This document shows, piece after piece, positions 18,968-28,248 of a DNA stretch of 64,000 nt. Position 1 is the stretch's first letter; each line of letters begins with the position of its first letter. Source of the DNA: Candidatus Aenigmatarchaeota archaeon (lineage in GTDB: Archaea > Aenigmatarchaeota > Aenigmatarchaeia > Aenigmatarchaeales > Aenigmatarchaeaceae); assembly GCA_016933455.1 (NCBI GenBank), contig JAFGAZ010000004.1:9116-73115 (forward strand). Reading direction: 5' to 3'. Below the pieces are notes generated by a model. The model worked only from the letters and a program-made list of their open reading frames with translations. It did no database searches and was not told where the DNA came from. Made by a program: the position numbers and the translations under genes.

Positions 18968-19553
18968 TTAATCCCTCGATTAATATAATTTTTTCAAGTA
19001 CTATTAATACGTAATCCAAGACTATAAAAACAAGCATTATGTTGACCATGTTGGCGTATATGAAATTGGAAAGGTTTGCCAGGAATATGCTGTTGCTATA
19101 GAGATTGGTCGTGTTAAGCACCCATATGCCAAGCCATAAGACAAACAGCAAGCATGTCCCGCTCACAAAGGGAGCGATTATCCAGTACTTTTTTCTGAAC
19201 CTTTTTGAAAAATAGTCGCTATATCCAAAGAACACGAAAAGCGCAAAGAACCAGTGCACGTTTGATGAGAGCATGGATGCCACGTCCAAGACGAACGCGT
19301 TTCCAAGCTGGAATCCCACCAGCCTTATTAGCCATGATGAAATTATCACAAAAAGCGCACCGAAAACGCTGCTAAATATCGGACCCAATAGCCCAAAAAC
19401 CCTAAAGCCCCAGTCGTCATTGGGAGCACCCTTGCTTGGCTTTATGCCGACTTTCTGAGCCAAAGCGGCCATCTCTTCTACAACGTTCTCAGCATTCTTC
19501 TCAAGCATGCTTTCGAATTTTTCCTCTCTTGAGATTTTATGTCTTTTAGCCAT
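18945..19553 (-). CDS. Multi-pass membrane protein co-transcribed with pspC
   Basis: Four TM segments, overlaps the pspC start. Confidence 0.75.
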   Translation of the reverse strand: MAKRHKISREEKFESMLEKNAENVVEEMAALAQKVGIKPSKGAPNDDWGFRVFGLLGPIFSSVFGALFVIISSWLIRLVGFQLGNAFVLDVASMLSSNVHWFFALFVFFGYSDYFSKRFRKKYWIIAPFVSGTCLLFVLWLGIWVLNTTNLYSNSIFLANLSNFIYANMVNIMLVFIVLDYVLIVLEKIILIEGLNGSKKKI

Positions 19554-19596
19554 TTTTTCACTTTATAATATTTGGCTGCCTGTTAATAAATTCTAA

Positions 19597-19971
19597 CTAT
19601 GTCTTTTCAATTAGCCTTTGTATATAGTCCCCGTACGACTCGTGGGGGTCCTTGGCCTTCTCAAGCTTTGCCTTCAGCTCTTTTGTCAGCATTATGGTAG
19701 TGAACTTGCTCTTCTTTGGAGCATCTTCCTTTGGCTTGTCTTCGGTTTTTGGTTTTTCAGATGGAATCTGCGTTTCTTCCTTAGGGATTTCTATAGAATT
19801 CTCTATAGGCTTTTTCTCTATAGAATCCTGGGTTTCGGCCTCCTGCTTAGTGGACGCGCTTTCCTCTATAGATTGGGGTTTTGGCGCCTCCTCCTTGACC
19901 TCTTCTATCAGGTTCTTCCACACAGACTCTCCGTCTTCGCTTGATCTCTTTTTTTCCTCATCCATGACCAT
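19597..19971 (-). CDS. Acidic disordered protein with C-terminal ribbon-helix-helix-like domain
   Basis: TTIMLTKELKAKLEKAK..ESYGDYIQRLI. Confidence 0.7.
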   Translation of the reverse strand: MVMDEEKKRSSEDGESVWKNLIEEVKEEAPKPQSIEESASTKQEAETQDSIEKKPIENSIEIPKEETQIPSEKPKTEDKPKEDAPKKSKFTTIMLTKELKAKLEKAKDPHESYGDYIQRLIEKT

Positions 19972-19989
19972 AAATTATCTTACCTTTAT

Positions 19990-20967
19990 TTATTCTTTTA
20001 TCAGAACCCTTCTTGCACTGTCAGTGAGTCTATAGACGGCATGCGCTCCCTCTACTTTTTCAACAATGGGATCTTCTATACCCTTTCTTTGCATCATTTT
20101 TACTCCTGACTTAAGACCCAAAATTGCAAGCTGTGACGTTATTGTCTTTGCAGGCTTTTTTAGCTTCTTTGCTATCTCGGATGGCCTGTGATTTCCTGTT
20201 TTCAAGACTATGACTATTCTTCTTTGAAGTGGCGATAAGCGTTCCATCAAAGGTATGCTTTTTTCCAGACCGCCTTCAAGCCCGAAAAACGCATCCACAA
20301 AATTTTTAGTTATGCTTTTTTCTATGTTAGACATTGCGATATTTTCACAGAGTTCCAAAATTTTCTGTGGCAAAAAATACGCCTTTGCAAAAATTATCTC
20401 AAGGCTTTCATGATCAAATGGATTTTTGTAGCCCACTCTTTTTAGTATCATGCCTAACGCCTCGTCGGACTTCATCAGGCGCATCTCTATCTTTCTGCTA
20501 CCGATTCTCTTCGACAGTATGATTTTTTTGGTTTCAGACGCTGCAAGCACGACTGACTTGACAATATTGTTGTCAAGATTCCTTTTTATGGCGTCAGCAA
20601 CTGTCGAAGAAATTTTTTCCGCGTCGTCAATTAGCAAAACTATGTTTGACTCTTTCTTTCTTAGCTTGCTAAAGATGTTTGCTTTCTCGCGTATAATCTT
20701 GTCAATGTCTAGAATCTTTATTTCTTTTTCGGTCATGCCTGATGTGTTTATGTATATGGGCTCAAAATCGCCTAGATCGTAGCTTTCCAGCCATTTTAGA
20801 ATGGTTGTCTTCCCCATTCCGTCGATGCCTGTAAGAAGGCAGCAATCCCCTGATTTTACAAATTCCAGCACCTGACTTCTTATGTCTTCAAAGCCTGATA
20901 TCAAATCAGGTTTTGGCTTTTGTTCGAAAGGATTGGAATTCCACCCGTATCTTTCATACCACACCAT
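19990..20967 (-). CDS. AAA/ExeA-like P-loop ATPase with C-terminal winged helix
   Basis: WY..YGW..NPF, GIDGMGKT, LLIDDAE, LSPLQRRIV...SEIAKKL...ITSQL. Confidence 0.8.
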   Translation of the reverse strand: MVWYERYGWNSNPFEQKPKPDLISGFEDIRSQVLEFVKSGDCCLLTGIDGMGKTTILKWLESYDLGDFEPIYINTSGMTEKEIKILDIDKIIREKANIFSKLRKKESNIVLLIDDAEKISSTVADAIKRNLDNNIVKSVVLAASETKKIILSKRIGSRKIEMRLMKSDEALGMILKRVGYKNPFDHESLEIIFAKAYFLPQKILELCENIAMSNIEKSITKNFVDAFFGLEGGLEKSIPLMERLSPLQRRIVIVLKTGNHRPSEIAKKLKKPAKTITSQLAILGLKSGVKMMQRKGIEDPIVEKVEGAHAVYRLTDSARRVLIKE

Positions 20968-20987
20968 GCTATCACCATTGAATAATA

Positions 20988-21066
20988 ATACTTTACGAAA
21001 ATACTTTATAAATTATTGTAATAAAAGAAAAACTAAAAGAGAAAACATGATACTTTGCAATACTTT
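20988..21066. repeat. Four ATACTTT direct repeats in two pairs
   Basis: At 20988, 21001, 21050 and 21060, upstream of the AAA-wHTH gene. Confidence 0.6.
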
Positions 21067-21247
21067 ATGCAAAAATGCCTAAAAATACCCCCAAAAAGCC
21101 CAGTTAGACAAATGTCTAACAAATTAAATTATTCTCGATTTTCAGGGTATTCCAAGTCTATAGAAAAACAGCATAAAATTTTTTCATGGGAAGAAAATAC
21201 CAAAAAAGGAGCTGAAACGGTTCGAATAGTTATGGACTTCTATAAAC

Positions 21248-21268
21248 TCTATAGCAAATTGCTATAGA
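21248..21268. promoter_or_regulatory. Perfect palindrome, operator candidate
   Basis: TCTATAGCAA-A-TTGCTATAGA, 10-bp arms, just upstream of a TTTTAAAT box. Confidence 0.6.
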
Positions 21269-21311
21269 AAAATAACATCATTTTAAATTTCAGTTTTTTA
21301 TAATATGTAAC

Positions 21312-21497
21312 ATGAGAGGAAGGTCGATATTGTTTTGGATTGTCACTGCAGCGTTCATAGCAGCCTGGGTGCTTTCCGGAACGCTTTCATTGCTATACGT
21401 TTACACAAAAAATGTTTTTGTCAGCGAATTTATCATACTTTTTTCTTCTCTTGCCCTTATACTGATTTATTATGTTGTAGAGCCTTATATGGATTAA
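21312..21497 (+). CDS. Small two-TM membrane protein
   Basis: 61 aa, two hydrophobic helices, TATA box upstream. Confidence 0.55.
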   Translation: MRGRSILFWIVTAAFIAAWVLSGTLSLLYVYTKNVFVSEFIILFSSLALILIYYVVEPYMD

Positions 21498-21555
21498 TTG
21501 CATCTCCTTTAGATTCAATTGCCCAAATAAATCTCAAAACATCTATAATTCTTCT

Positions 21556-21750
21556 ATGAAAAGAATACAGCATCGCCTGTTTCCCTGGCCTTCAAGGACA
21601 ATCGATTTTAAGAAAACTTTGAAAGAAATAGAGGACTTTGTCAACAAGCCCGGAGTCATAGACGTTGTTTCCATTATCAGCACAACTTTCGGAATAATTG
21701 TTTGGTACAAGTCTGTCAAGACCTTCAAAATACAAGAAAAGAAAGGATAA
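21556..21750 (+). CDS. Small hypothetical protein
   Basis: 64 aa, host-like codon usage. Confidence 0.5.
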   Translation: MKRIQHRLFPWPSRTIDFKKTLKEIEDFVNKPGVIDVVSIISTTFGIIVWYKSVKTFKIQEKKG

Positions 21751-21758
21751 AAAAATAA

Positions 21759-22073
21759 CTATAGATATACACGAAAAAGCATTTTTTCTTTAATCTCTTT
21801 TAGAGCTTTACTAAGAGTTGTTTCAACAATATCTGATTTTTGGCAAAATTTCCACATATACACATTATCTCCACATAAGACTGTTGACACATAACATGCA
21901 GCAACGGCTTTAGTTTTGGGGCTTTTTTCATACAAAAACATATTCCTTTTAGCACAATCTATAATTTCAGTTGTAATTTCTTTTAACAAATTCTTGTCCT
22001 TTGCTTCTATGTTAGATAATATATTGGTTATATAACTCTTGGAATCTTTGAACTTCTTTTTCTTGACCTTCAT
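21759..22073 (-). CDS. Single TFB/TFIIB cyclin-repeat-like protein
   Basis: KSPKTKAVAACYVS.VLCG...ETTLSKALKEI resembles the TFB second repeat (GKSP..LAAA.LYIA...EVTIRNRYKEL). Confidence 0.6.
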   Translation of the reverse strand: MKVKKKKFKDSKSYITNILSNIEAKDKNLLKEITTEIIDCAKRNMFLYEKSPKTKAVAACYVSTVLCGDNVYMWKFCQKSDIVETTLSKALKEIKEKMLFRVYL

Positions 22074-22159
22074 TTCTTAAGATAGTATCAAAAAAGATTT
22101 AAGTATGAAAACCATAATTATGGAAGGCTTCTTCTCTCCTTACAAAAAGGGGGTATAAT

Positions 22160-22597
22160 ATGATCGAGCATAGGGACATATCCGAGTTCCTAAAAAAATG
22201 CTACAACGGCGTTGTTGCAACAAGCAGATATTATCACAAAGAAAGCGCGTCCGTATTTTCTAATCCGTATTTGGTGCCGACAGATTGCCTTTCATATCTT
22301 AAGAAAAGCGGATGCAAAATCTTTGTGGATGTTGCCGGAGGACTGGTTAAGATAAACTACGGCGAAGGGAACAGAAAGCAGGTGTGCCACCGTCTTTGCG
22401 GAACGTTTGACGGCATAATGAACGGAGACAATGTAAGCGGTTTGATGCTGGCAAGCCAGACCGATCCTTCCAACAAAGAGCATCCAAGAATAAACAATGC
22501 AGCAAAGGCCATGCGCGTAATGGAAATTATAGATGAGATAAAAGAGATGAAAATAGAGACAAACAACTTGGATTACATGCTCCAAAGATGCATTTAG
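22160..22597 (+). CDS. Hypothetical protein (orphan)
   Basis: 145 aa, SD-like AAGGGG upstream. Confidence 0.55.
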   Translation: MIEHRDISEFLKKCYNGVVATSRYYHKESASVFSNPYLVPTDCLSYLKKSGCKIFVDVAGGLVKINYGEGNRKQVCHRLCGTFDGIMNGDNVSGLMLASQTDPSNKEHPRINNAAKAMRVMEIIDEIKEMKIETNNLDYMLQRCI

Positions 22598-22619
22598 CTT
22601 GTATGCGTGCTTTTTTTGT

Positions 22620-22647
22620 AGTGCGCATAATGTCAATTATTTAAAAC
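22620..22647. other. dif-like Xer recombination site candidate
   Basis: AGTGCGCATAA-TGTCAA-TTATTTAAAAC, 11-6-11 layout, intergenic. Confidence 0.45.
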
Positions 22648-22667
22648 TTAGTCTACATTTTCTATCT

Positions 22668-22934
22668 ATGGCAGAAAAAATAGAACTGAACGGTTTCTTG
22701 AACGAGCTAATATCCCTTCTCAAGAAAAAGTTCGAAGTCTATGACGGCAACATAAAGTCCATGCGCGAGGACATAATGAATCTGTCTTCCTCAAAGGACG
22801 ACACCAAAATAAGCGAGTTGAAAAACAAGGTGATGATTCTTGAGAACACCCTTAACTCGATGAAGGCAAGGACGCAGGTCGATACATCTCTGCTAAAGGA
22901 ACTTGAGACTGATAAACATGAAAGAAAATATTGA
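22668..22934 (+). CDS. Coiled-coil hypothetical protein
   Basis: Start refined to MAEKIEL; heptad pattern. Confidence 0.65.
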   Translation: MAEKIELNGFLNELISLLKKKFEVYDGNIKSMREDIMNLSSSKDDTKISELKNKVMILENTLNSMKARTQVDTSLLKELETDKHERKY

Positions 22935-23280
22935 GCCGATAATAAAGGCGCAGCTAAACACCCTAAAGGCCCAGATAGACATACTAAGGGAGTACATCGA
23001 AAACACAGAGGAGAGCAACGTCAGGCTAAAGTACATAATAGCCAACGAGCTGGTCGAGGCAATGATTGCCAGGTTCGAGAAGAACGAGGCCAGGCTAGAA
23101 GAGCTTTCCGAGAAGATAGAGTCAATAGAAGTCAGCCTAAAGGAAAAGGTAGAGGAACTGCACAGAGTCACCAAGATGGAGATGAGCGAGGACGCCTTGA
23201 CAAGGGCAGTTTCGAAAATTCTGGGCAACAAGGAAATCGAAGTCGATTCCAAGCCCCTAATAGACCTGAAGAATGTCTAA
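22918..23280 (+). CDS. Coiled-coil hypothetical protein
   Basis: Overlaps the previous gene; E/K heptads. Confidence 0.7.
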   Translation: MKENIEPIIKAQLNTLKAQIDILREYIENTEESNVRLKYIIANELVEAMIARFEKNEARLEELSEKIESIEVSLKEKVEELHRVTKMEMSEDALTRAVSKILGNKEIEVDSKPLIDLKNV

Positions 23281-23339
23281 TTTTTGTGATAGCGCTTCTG
23301 CTATCTTATTTTTATAAAAATAGAAAAAGGTCGGGTAGT

Positions 23340-24065
23340 TCATCTCCTACCCTTTAATTCTCTGAAAACCTCTCCGAACATGCTGTAGCTAATCACGCTG
23401 CCAACAAACATTGCTATCGAAGCTCCTATCATTGGAACAAGGCTGAGAAGCGCTGATACTATTACAGTTACAACAGTTGCCACAACCCACACGGTAAAGT
23501 ACTTCATTGTGAATGATTTCTTCAAAACCGCGCTTACGTCGAACGCTCTTGAGAACTTTTTGCTGCTTAGATAGTTCAAGACCGCTATGGGCGTTACAAA
23601 CCTGGCCACCATCATGAGCACCACTCCTAACAATAGTATGGGCGCTAAAGACAGAAGCGTTGGCAAAGCAAGATACCAGTTCTGAGACACCAGCTGCGAT
23701 ACTGCTTCAACGGTCGTTTCCCCTGCTATCAAAGACTGCACTGTCCCTTCGGGTATTACGGATCCCATGTATGTGCCTATCAGAGAAGTTGCCGCAAAAC
23801 CAATGCCTGCAACAAAAACTAATACTGCTGGCAAGGCGTAGACGAATCCTATGACGCTTGAAGCCAGACCCTTGACAAACAAATCACCGACTTCCTTCCA
23901 CTCTGGCATTTTGTTTGATGCCTTGTTTTTTCCAAGACCAGATGTTTCCAAAGCGTAACCTGTTGATATCCAGTTTACTATTGGTATTACGCTTATAATT
24001 ATGCCGATTATGAGCTTTGCTGCGTCGGAGAAGGGCTTCTTTATTGCGCTTTCGTAGTTAACCAT
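23340..24065 (-). CDS. DUF4013-like membrane protein
   Basis: AIKKPFSD..KLIIG...IPIV...GY...MPEW...LFVKGL; SD AGGAGGT. Confidence 0.8.
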   Translation of the reverse strand: MVNYESAIKKPFSDAAKLIIGIIISVIPIVNWISTGYALETSGLGKNKASNKMPEWKEVGDLFVKGLASSVIGFVYALPAVLVFVAGIGFAATSLIGTYMGSVIPEGTVQSLIAGETTVEAVSQLVSQNWYLALPTLLSLAPILLLGVVLMMVARFVTPIAVLNYLSSKKFSRAFDVSAVLKKSFTMKYFTVWVVATVVTVIVSALLSLVPMIGASIAMFVGSVISYSMFGEVFRELKGRR

Positions 24066-24109
24066 TAGATTACCTCCTTTTGCTATAGAATATAGTTGTA
24101 ATTGCCGAT

Positions 24110-24775
24110 TTAAAATATTCCTAGGTTAGATGCATAATAACTATTACCAGTTTTTACAAGATTATTCAATGACTTTCTTATTCTTTTGTTGGATTGCTTT
24201 ATTTGTTTTTCTGCCTTTATGTCTGCAAGTACATGAGCTATGTTGTCTCTTTTCCATCTTCCATTTTTAACTTGCGCTATAAAGATAGGCTTTTCTTCCA
24301 CAATACTTCTAACATTTTCTAACATGGAATTAACTTTTACTATTTCAGAAACTGGTTGATATGATTTTAATTCTCTTACCTCTTCTGTTTCAGGGGCGTC
24401 CCACTTTAAGAAATAATTTGCATAGTTTACTAAACCTGGATGATCAGAAGCTACTACAAAAGGCTCTTTGTCGCCGTTGCATAGCTTGTCTATTTTTTTA
24501 ATGGCTTCAACAACAGGCACTGTTTCGAAAACAAAAGAATTTCTAAAGCCATGTGTACTGTTTTTGGCTTTACTTTCTACCTTCCCTTTGTTGTTTCTAA
24601 TATAATAAGAAATTTTATTAGGTCCTATTTTTGTTCGGCAATTCTGTCTGTCAATGCATTTCTGTATGTAATATGCCCATGCGCTTTTGTTTGCATCGCA
24701 GATGGCGACATAAGGGTCTTTGAAGTTAAAGCCGTTTGTACCTTCGTCCAAATCCAACACAACTCTTATTGCCAT
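24110..24775 (-). CDS. Hypothetical protein, RNase H-like fold candidate
   Basis: ICDA...FE..PVVEAI...VASDH..LVN...DNIAHVLA. Confidence 0.5.
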   Translation of the reverse strand: MAIRVVLDLDEGTNGFNFKDPYVAICDANKSAWAYYIQKCIDRQNCRTKIGPNKISYYIRNNKGKVESKAKNSTHGFRNSFVFETVPVVEAIKKIDKLCNGDKEPFVVASDHPGLVNYANYFLKWDAPETEEVRELKSYQPVSEIVKVNSMLENVRSIVEEKPIFIAQVKNGRWKRDNIAHVLADIKAEKQIKQSNKRIRKSLNNLVKTGNSYYASNLGIF

Positions 24776-24863
24776 GGAATTACTTGATGAAATAATCTTT
24801 AAACCATTTTCGCAAGAAAAAATATGTTTACAATGTCACAATAGAGTTTAAATTTTTACTTTT

Positions 24864-25922
24864 CTATAATATTTCTCTAATTCTTCTCTTAATTTCATTC
24901 CAGTCTTTTGATAGCATCTTCATTCCTGCAGCAGGAACATGCCCGCCGCCGCTAGAATTCTCTATTCCTTCTGTCAATTTTTTAGCCAATTTTCCGCAGT
25001 TGACAGTGCCGTCCTGTCTTCTAAGACTAGCGGAAACATAGTCTCCGTTTTTCCTGGCAACCATGACCGTGTAGTTCGGCCTCTCAAAGCTAAGTTTGGT
25101 TGATATTACCGAGCTTATGGAGAACTCTGTTTCTATTTCCAACAAAATAATTTTTTTGTTATTGTCAATCTCGGCTGATTTTTCCCAATTCTTTATTGTA
25201 GAAGCTATCTTGTCCTCGACTGTTTTGTGCAATTCCCACAAAGTTTCAGCTTCCTTTGTCTTGCCTTCCAGTATCTGTCTGGGTGTTGAATTCAAGCAAG
25301 CTTCGTAGCCCAGATGATTGTTGTCGTCTTTTGAAGACATGAAGGGCGCGTTGATGATGTTGTTTATGGTTGAAAACTCTGAAGAACTTATTTTGTTTCG
25401 TTCATACATTTTTTCCATAAAGTTTGACCATTCTTTCTCTGCCTTGTCGTTGACAATTCCAAGCCCTGCAAGCCAGTCTAATTCTTTTATGTCGCAAATC
25501 AAAGAGCATGCATCGAATGCCATCTTGCTTGCGCAATACCTTGTTGAACTTATGTTTGATTCCATCATGGAAGAATTAACATGAAGAACGCCGTCCTGGT
25601 TCATGTCTTTATGCACCTGGTGGTGGTCAAGCACCATTACTTTGGAATTTTCCGTTAGTTTAACAATTCTTTCAGAATTCTCGTCAGCTGCTATGTCCAC
25701 AAATATGATGTTGTCGAATTTTCCAATGACCTTATCAATTAAGCTTTCAGTGACCAAGCATGAGCCCGATTCTCTTGGAAATGCTTTTGGATATTTTCCG
25801 TAAAGCTTTTTTAAGGTCTTGGCAACAACAGCTGCTGCTCCCACGCCGTCTCCGTCCTTGTCATAAATTACTGCAGTATTCTTATCGCAGTTTTGTATGA
25901 ACCTTGCTGCCTTGTCAATCAT
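24864..25922 (-). CDS. DHH/DHHA1 phosphoesterase (RecJ-like)
   Basis: DKDGDG, FVD, LDHH, SLRR, GGGH.PAAG. Confidence 0.92.
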   Translation of the reverse strand: MIDKAARFIQNCDKNTAVIYDKDGDGVGAAAVVAKTLKKLYGKYPKAFPRESGSCLVTESLIDKVIGKFDNIIFVDIAADENSERIVKLTENSKVMVLDHHQVHKDMNQDGVLHVNSSMMESNISSTRYCASKMAFDACSLICDIKELDWLAGLGIVNDKAEKEWSNFMEKMYERNKISSSEFSTINNIINAPFMSSKDDNNHLGYEACLNSTPRQILEGKTKEAETLWELHKTVEDKIASTIKNWEKSAEIDNNKKIILLEIETEFSISSVISTKLSFERPNYTVMVARKNGDYVSASLRRQDGTVNCGKLAKKLTEGIENSSGGGHVPAAGMKMLSKDWNEIKRRIREIL

Positions 25923-25999
25923 ATAGAATATTGAAGGCTGACACTTAATTAATATTAAAAGAAACAGAAAAATTCAAGTTCAAGAGAAAAGTTCAAAAA

Positions 26000-26410
26000 C
26001 TACTCTTTCTTCTTTGCTACTGGTATAGGTATTGGTGAAGGCAGTTGCAAGTCGTCGCTAAGTAGTATGGCCTTCTTTAGGCACTTGTTGAATACGACAT
26101 TTATTATCTGAAGGCTGACATCGTCAGGAAGCTTCTTGTCCTTTTTCCACTGGTTTAAAATTTTCTCATACTCCTCGTCTAAGAACAAGACATCTCCTGT
26201 AATTATGACATCCGCCACTTTCTTGTCATCTGCTGACACATAGTTTGTTGTGAACTCAAAGTCCACAGAAAGGCATTTCTTGTCTAGGGGGCTTAAACCG
26301 TGCTCCTTTACGTCCTTTAGGTTGGTGTTGGTATTTACCTTGACACCTACCTCTGCCTCTTTAAACTTTTTCGCTTCTATACCGTTTATGTTAAGTCCAA
26401 TTGCTGGCAT
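26000..26410 (-). CDS. Conserved-looking archaeal hypothetical protein, SecB-like fold possible
   Basis: Beta-rich N-terminal half then helix and LPSPIP. Confidence 0.65.
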   Translation of the reverse strand: MPAIGLNINGIEAKKFKEAEVGVKVNTNTNLKDVKEHGLSPLDKKCLSVDFEFTTNYVSADDKKVADVIITGDVLFLDEEYEKILNQWKKDKKLPDDVSLQIINVVFNKCLKKAILLSDDLQLPSPIPIPVAKKKE

Positions 26411-26471
26411 ATAATCACAGTAAATAATGAAGCGAATAACTATTTATTTGTTCTAACTCCCAACTCTCAGT

Positions 26472-26975
26472 ATGAAGAAAGTGCTTATGATTATAGCCCC
26501 TTCAGACTTTAGGGACGAAGAGTACTTTGATACAAGAAAGGTTCTTGAGGAATTTGGCTTTGATGTCAAGGTCGCCAATTCCACTGGCCAGCCATCGAAA
26601 AGCAAGTTCGGCAAGATAGTAAGCCCTGATTCAAATTTCTACGAGGTTGATTCGAATATCTACGATGCCATAATTTTTGTGGGAGGCATGGGTAGTGCTC
26701 AGTATTTTGGTAATAATAGAGCATTGGAACTTGCAAGGCATTTCAACGAGGACGGAAAGATTGTTGCCGCCATATGCATTGCACCTTCTATTTTGGCCAA
26801 TGCGGGAATTCTTGTAGGCAGAAGGGCAACCGCCTTTCCTTCTGAGAGGGACAACATAAATGCTGTAAGCACCTATACAGGAAATGACGTCGAGGTTGAC
26901 AATAATATCATAACAGCAAACGGTCCAAAAGCTGCTATTGAATTCGGCAAGAAGATAGCAGAAGCATTGAAATAA
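26472..26975 (+). CDS. DJ-1/PfpI family protein
   Basis: FRDEEY, FVGG.G, AAICIAP, ITANGP. Confidence 0.93.
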   Translation: MKKVLMIIAPSDFRDEEYFDTRKVLEEFGFDVKVANSTGQPSKSKFGKIVSPDSNFYEVDSNIYDAIIFVGGMGSAQYFGNNRALELARHFNEDGKIVAAICIAPSILANAGILVGRRATAFPSERDNINAVSTYTGNDVEVDNNIITANGPKAAIEFGKKIAEALK

Positions 26976-26978
26976 TTT

Positions 26979-27251
26979 TTATAAAGTAAATTCAGGTTTA
27001 TCCAAAAAATGCAAAGAATATTTTCCATCTTCTGTTATCCTGTAACGAACAACACCTTCATTATGGTATTCTTCTATTTTTTTTTCTTTTAGCATGCGGT
27101 CAATGTTACTTTTTATTATATAAGATACTTTTGGAAACCTTTCACAAAGCTGCTTTTCAGTAGGGTTGTTTTTTTCTATTTCCTCTAGTATTTTTTCATG
27201 AAGAAGCTTTTCACCTTCAAGATTGAGCGGACCAATGCAAGATTTTGACAT
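26979..27251 (-). CDS. Small winged-helix-like protein (orphan)
   Basis: IDRMLKEKKIEE...RYRITEDG. Confidence 0.55.
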   Translation of the reverse strand: MSKSCIGPLNLEGEKLLHEKILEEIEKNNPTEKQLCERFPKVSYIIKSNIDRMLKEKKIEEYHNEGVVRYRITEDGKYSLHFLDKPEFTL

Positions 27252-27317
27252 AACAAAATATTGAAATGTTAAAAATTTAAGGCTTTTAATACTCTAAGAA
27301 TATAAGAAAATATATAC

Positions 27318-27390
27318 AGCCCCTTCGTCTAGTGGTCAAGGACAACTGCCTCTGGAGCAGTAAACGTAGGTTCGAATCCTGCAGGGGCTA
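27318..27390 (+). tRNA. tRNA-Gln(CTG), intronless, CCA not encoded
   Basis: AGCCCCT/AGGGGCT acceptor stem, AGTGG D-loop, ACTGC-CTCTGGA-GCAGT anticodon arm, GGTTCGAATCC T arm. Confidence 0.95.
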
Positions 27391-27423
27391 CAATTTATTA
27401 ATGCGGAAAGCTATTTCTGATAC

Positions 27424-28248
27424 ATGTGGGTTGTAAAGGCCAATGGAGAAACAGAACCCTTTGATGCTGACAAGATAAAAAGCACGTGCCTTAGGGCAGG
27501 GGCAACGCAGGCCCTTGCAAACAAGATAGTTAGGGATGTGCAAAAAAAGGCATATGATGGCATTTCTACAAGGCAAGTTCTCAAGATGACATTGCGTTTG
27601 TTGGAAAAGCAAAAGCCTTTCATAGCAGCAAGATATGATCTCAAGGGAGCTTTGTTTAGGCTAGGTCCCTCGGGTTTTGCCTTTGAAAATTTGATAGCCG
27701 AAATACTAAGAGAGTACGGCTACAAGACAAAGACTCACACAATGCTAAACGGCTTTTGCGTTGACCAGGAGGTCGATGTCATAGCCACAAAGGATAACAA
27801 AAGCTGCATGATAGAGTGCAAGTATCACAATCTTCCCGGAATATACACGGGCCTTAAGGAGGCCATGTACACCTATGCTAGGTTCTTGGACATACAAAAG
27901 GGCTTCAAGGCAGGCAAGTGCCAGAAGCTTGACGAGCCGTGGCTTGTGTGCAACACAAGGTTTTCAGAGGACGCAAAAAAGTATTCAGAGTGCGCAGGCC
28001 TTAAGGTGATAGGATGGAGCTATCCGAAAAACAACCTAAGGGAGCTAATAGAGCAAAAGAATCTTTATCCCATAACAATGCTAAGAAAGCTAGACAGTGA
28101 AACGCAGGAAAGGCTTTCTTGTGCAGGCCTTATCTTGATGAAAAATTTGATAGATATATCAATAAAGGAATTAAACAAGTTAACAGGTATACAAATAAGG
28201 AAGCTAAAATTGCTTTCCAAGGAAGCAATGGAGATATACAATGGTTGA
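27424..28248 (+). CDS. ATP-cone plus Mrr-type restriction endonuclease domain protein
   Basis: VVKANGETEPFDADKI ATP cone; GFAFE, EVDVIA, IECKYH. Confidence 0.88.
   Translation: MWVVKANGETEPFDADKIKSTCLRAGATQALANKIVRDVQKKAYDGISTRQVLKMTLRLLEKQKPFIAARYDLKGALFRLGPSGFAFENLIAEILREYGYKTKTHTMLNGFCVDQEVDVIATKDNKSCMIECKYHNLPGIYTGLKEAMYTYARFLDIQKGFKAGKCQKLDEPWLVCNTRFSEDAKKYSECAGLKVIGWSYPKNNLRELIEQKNLYPITMLRKLDSETQERLSCAGLILMKNLIDISIKELNKLTGIQIRKLKLLSKEAMEIYNG

Noticed and set aside
19990..21311. Cdc6/Orc1 with a canonical oriC
   Set aside because: The N-terminus fits ExeA-like ATPases better and no ORB/G-string motif is visible; kept only as a regulatory candidate
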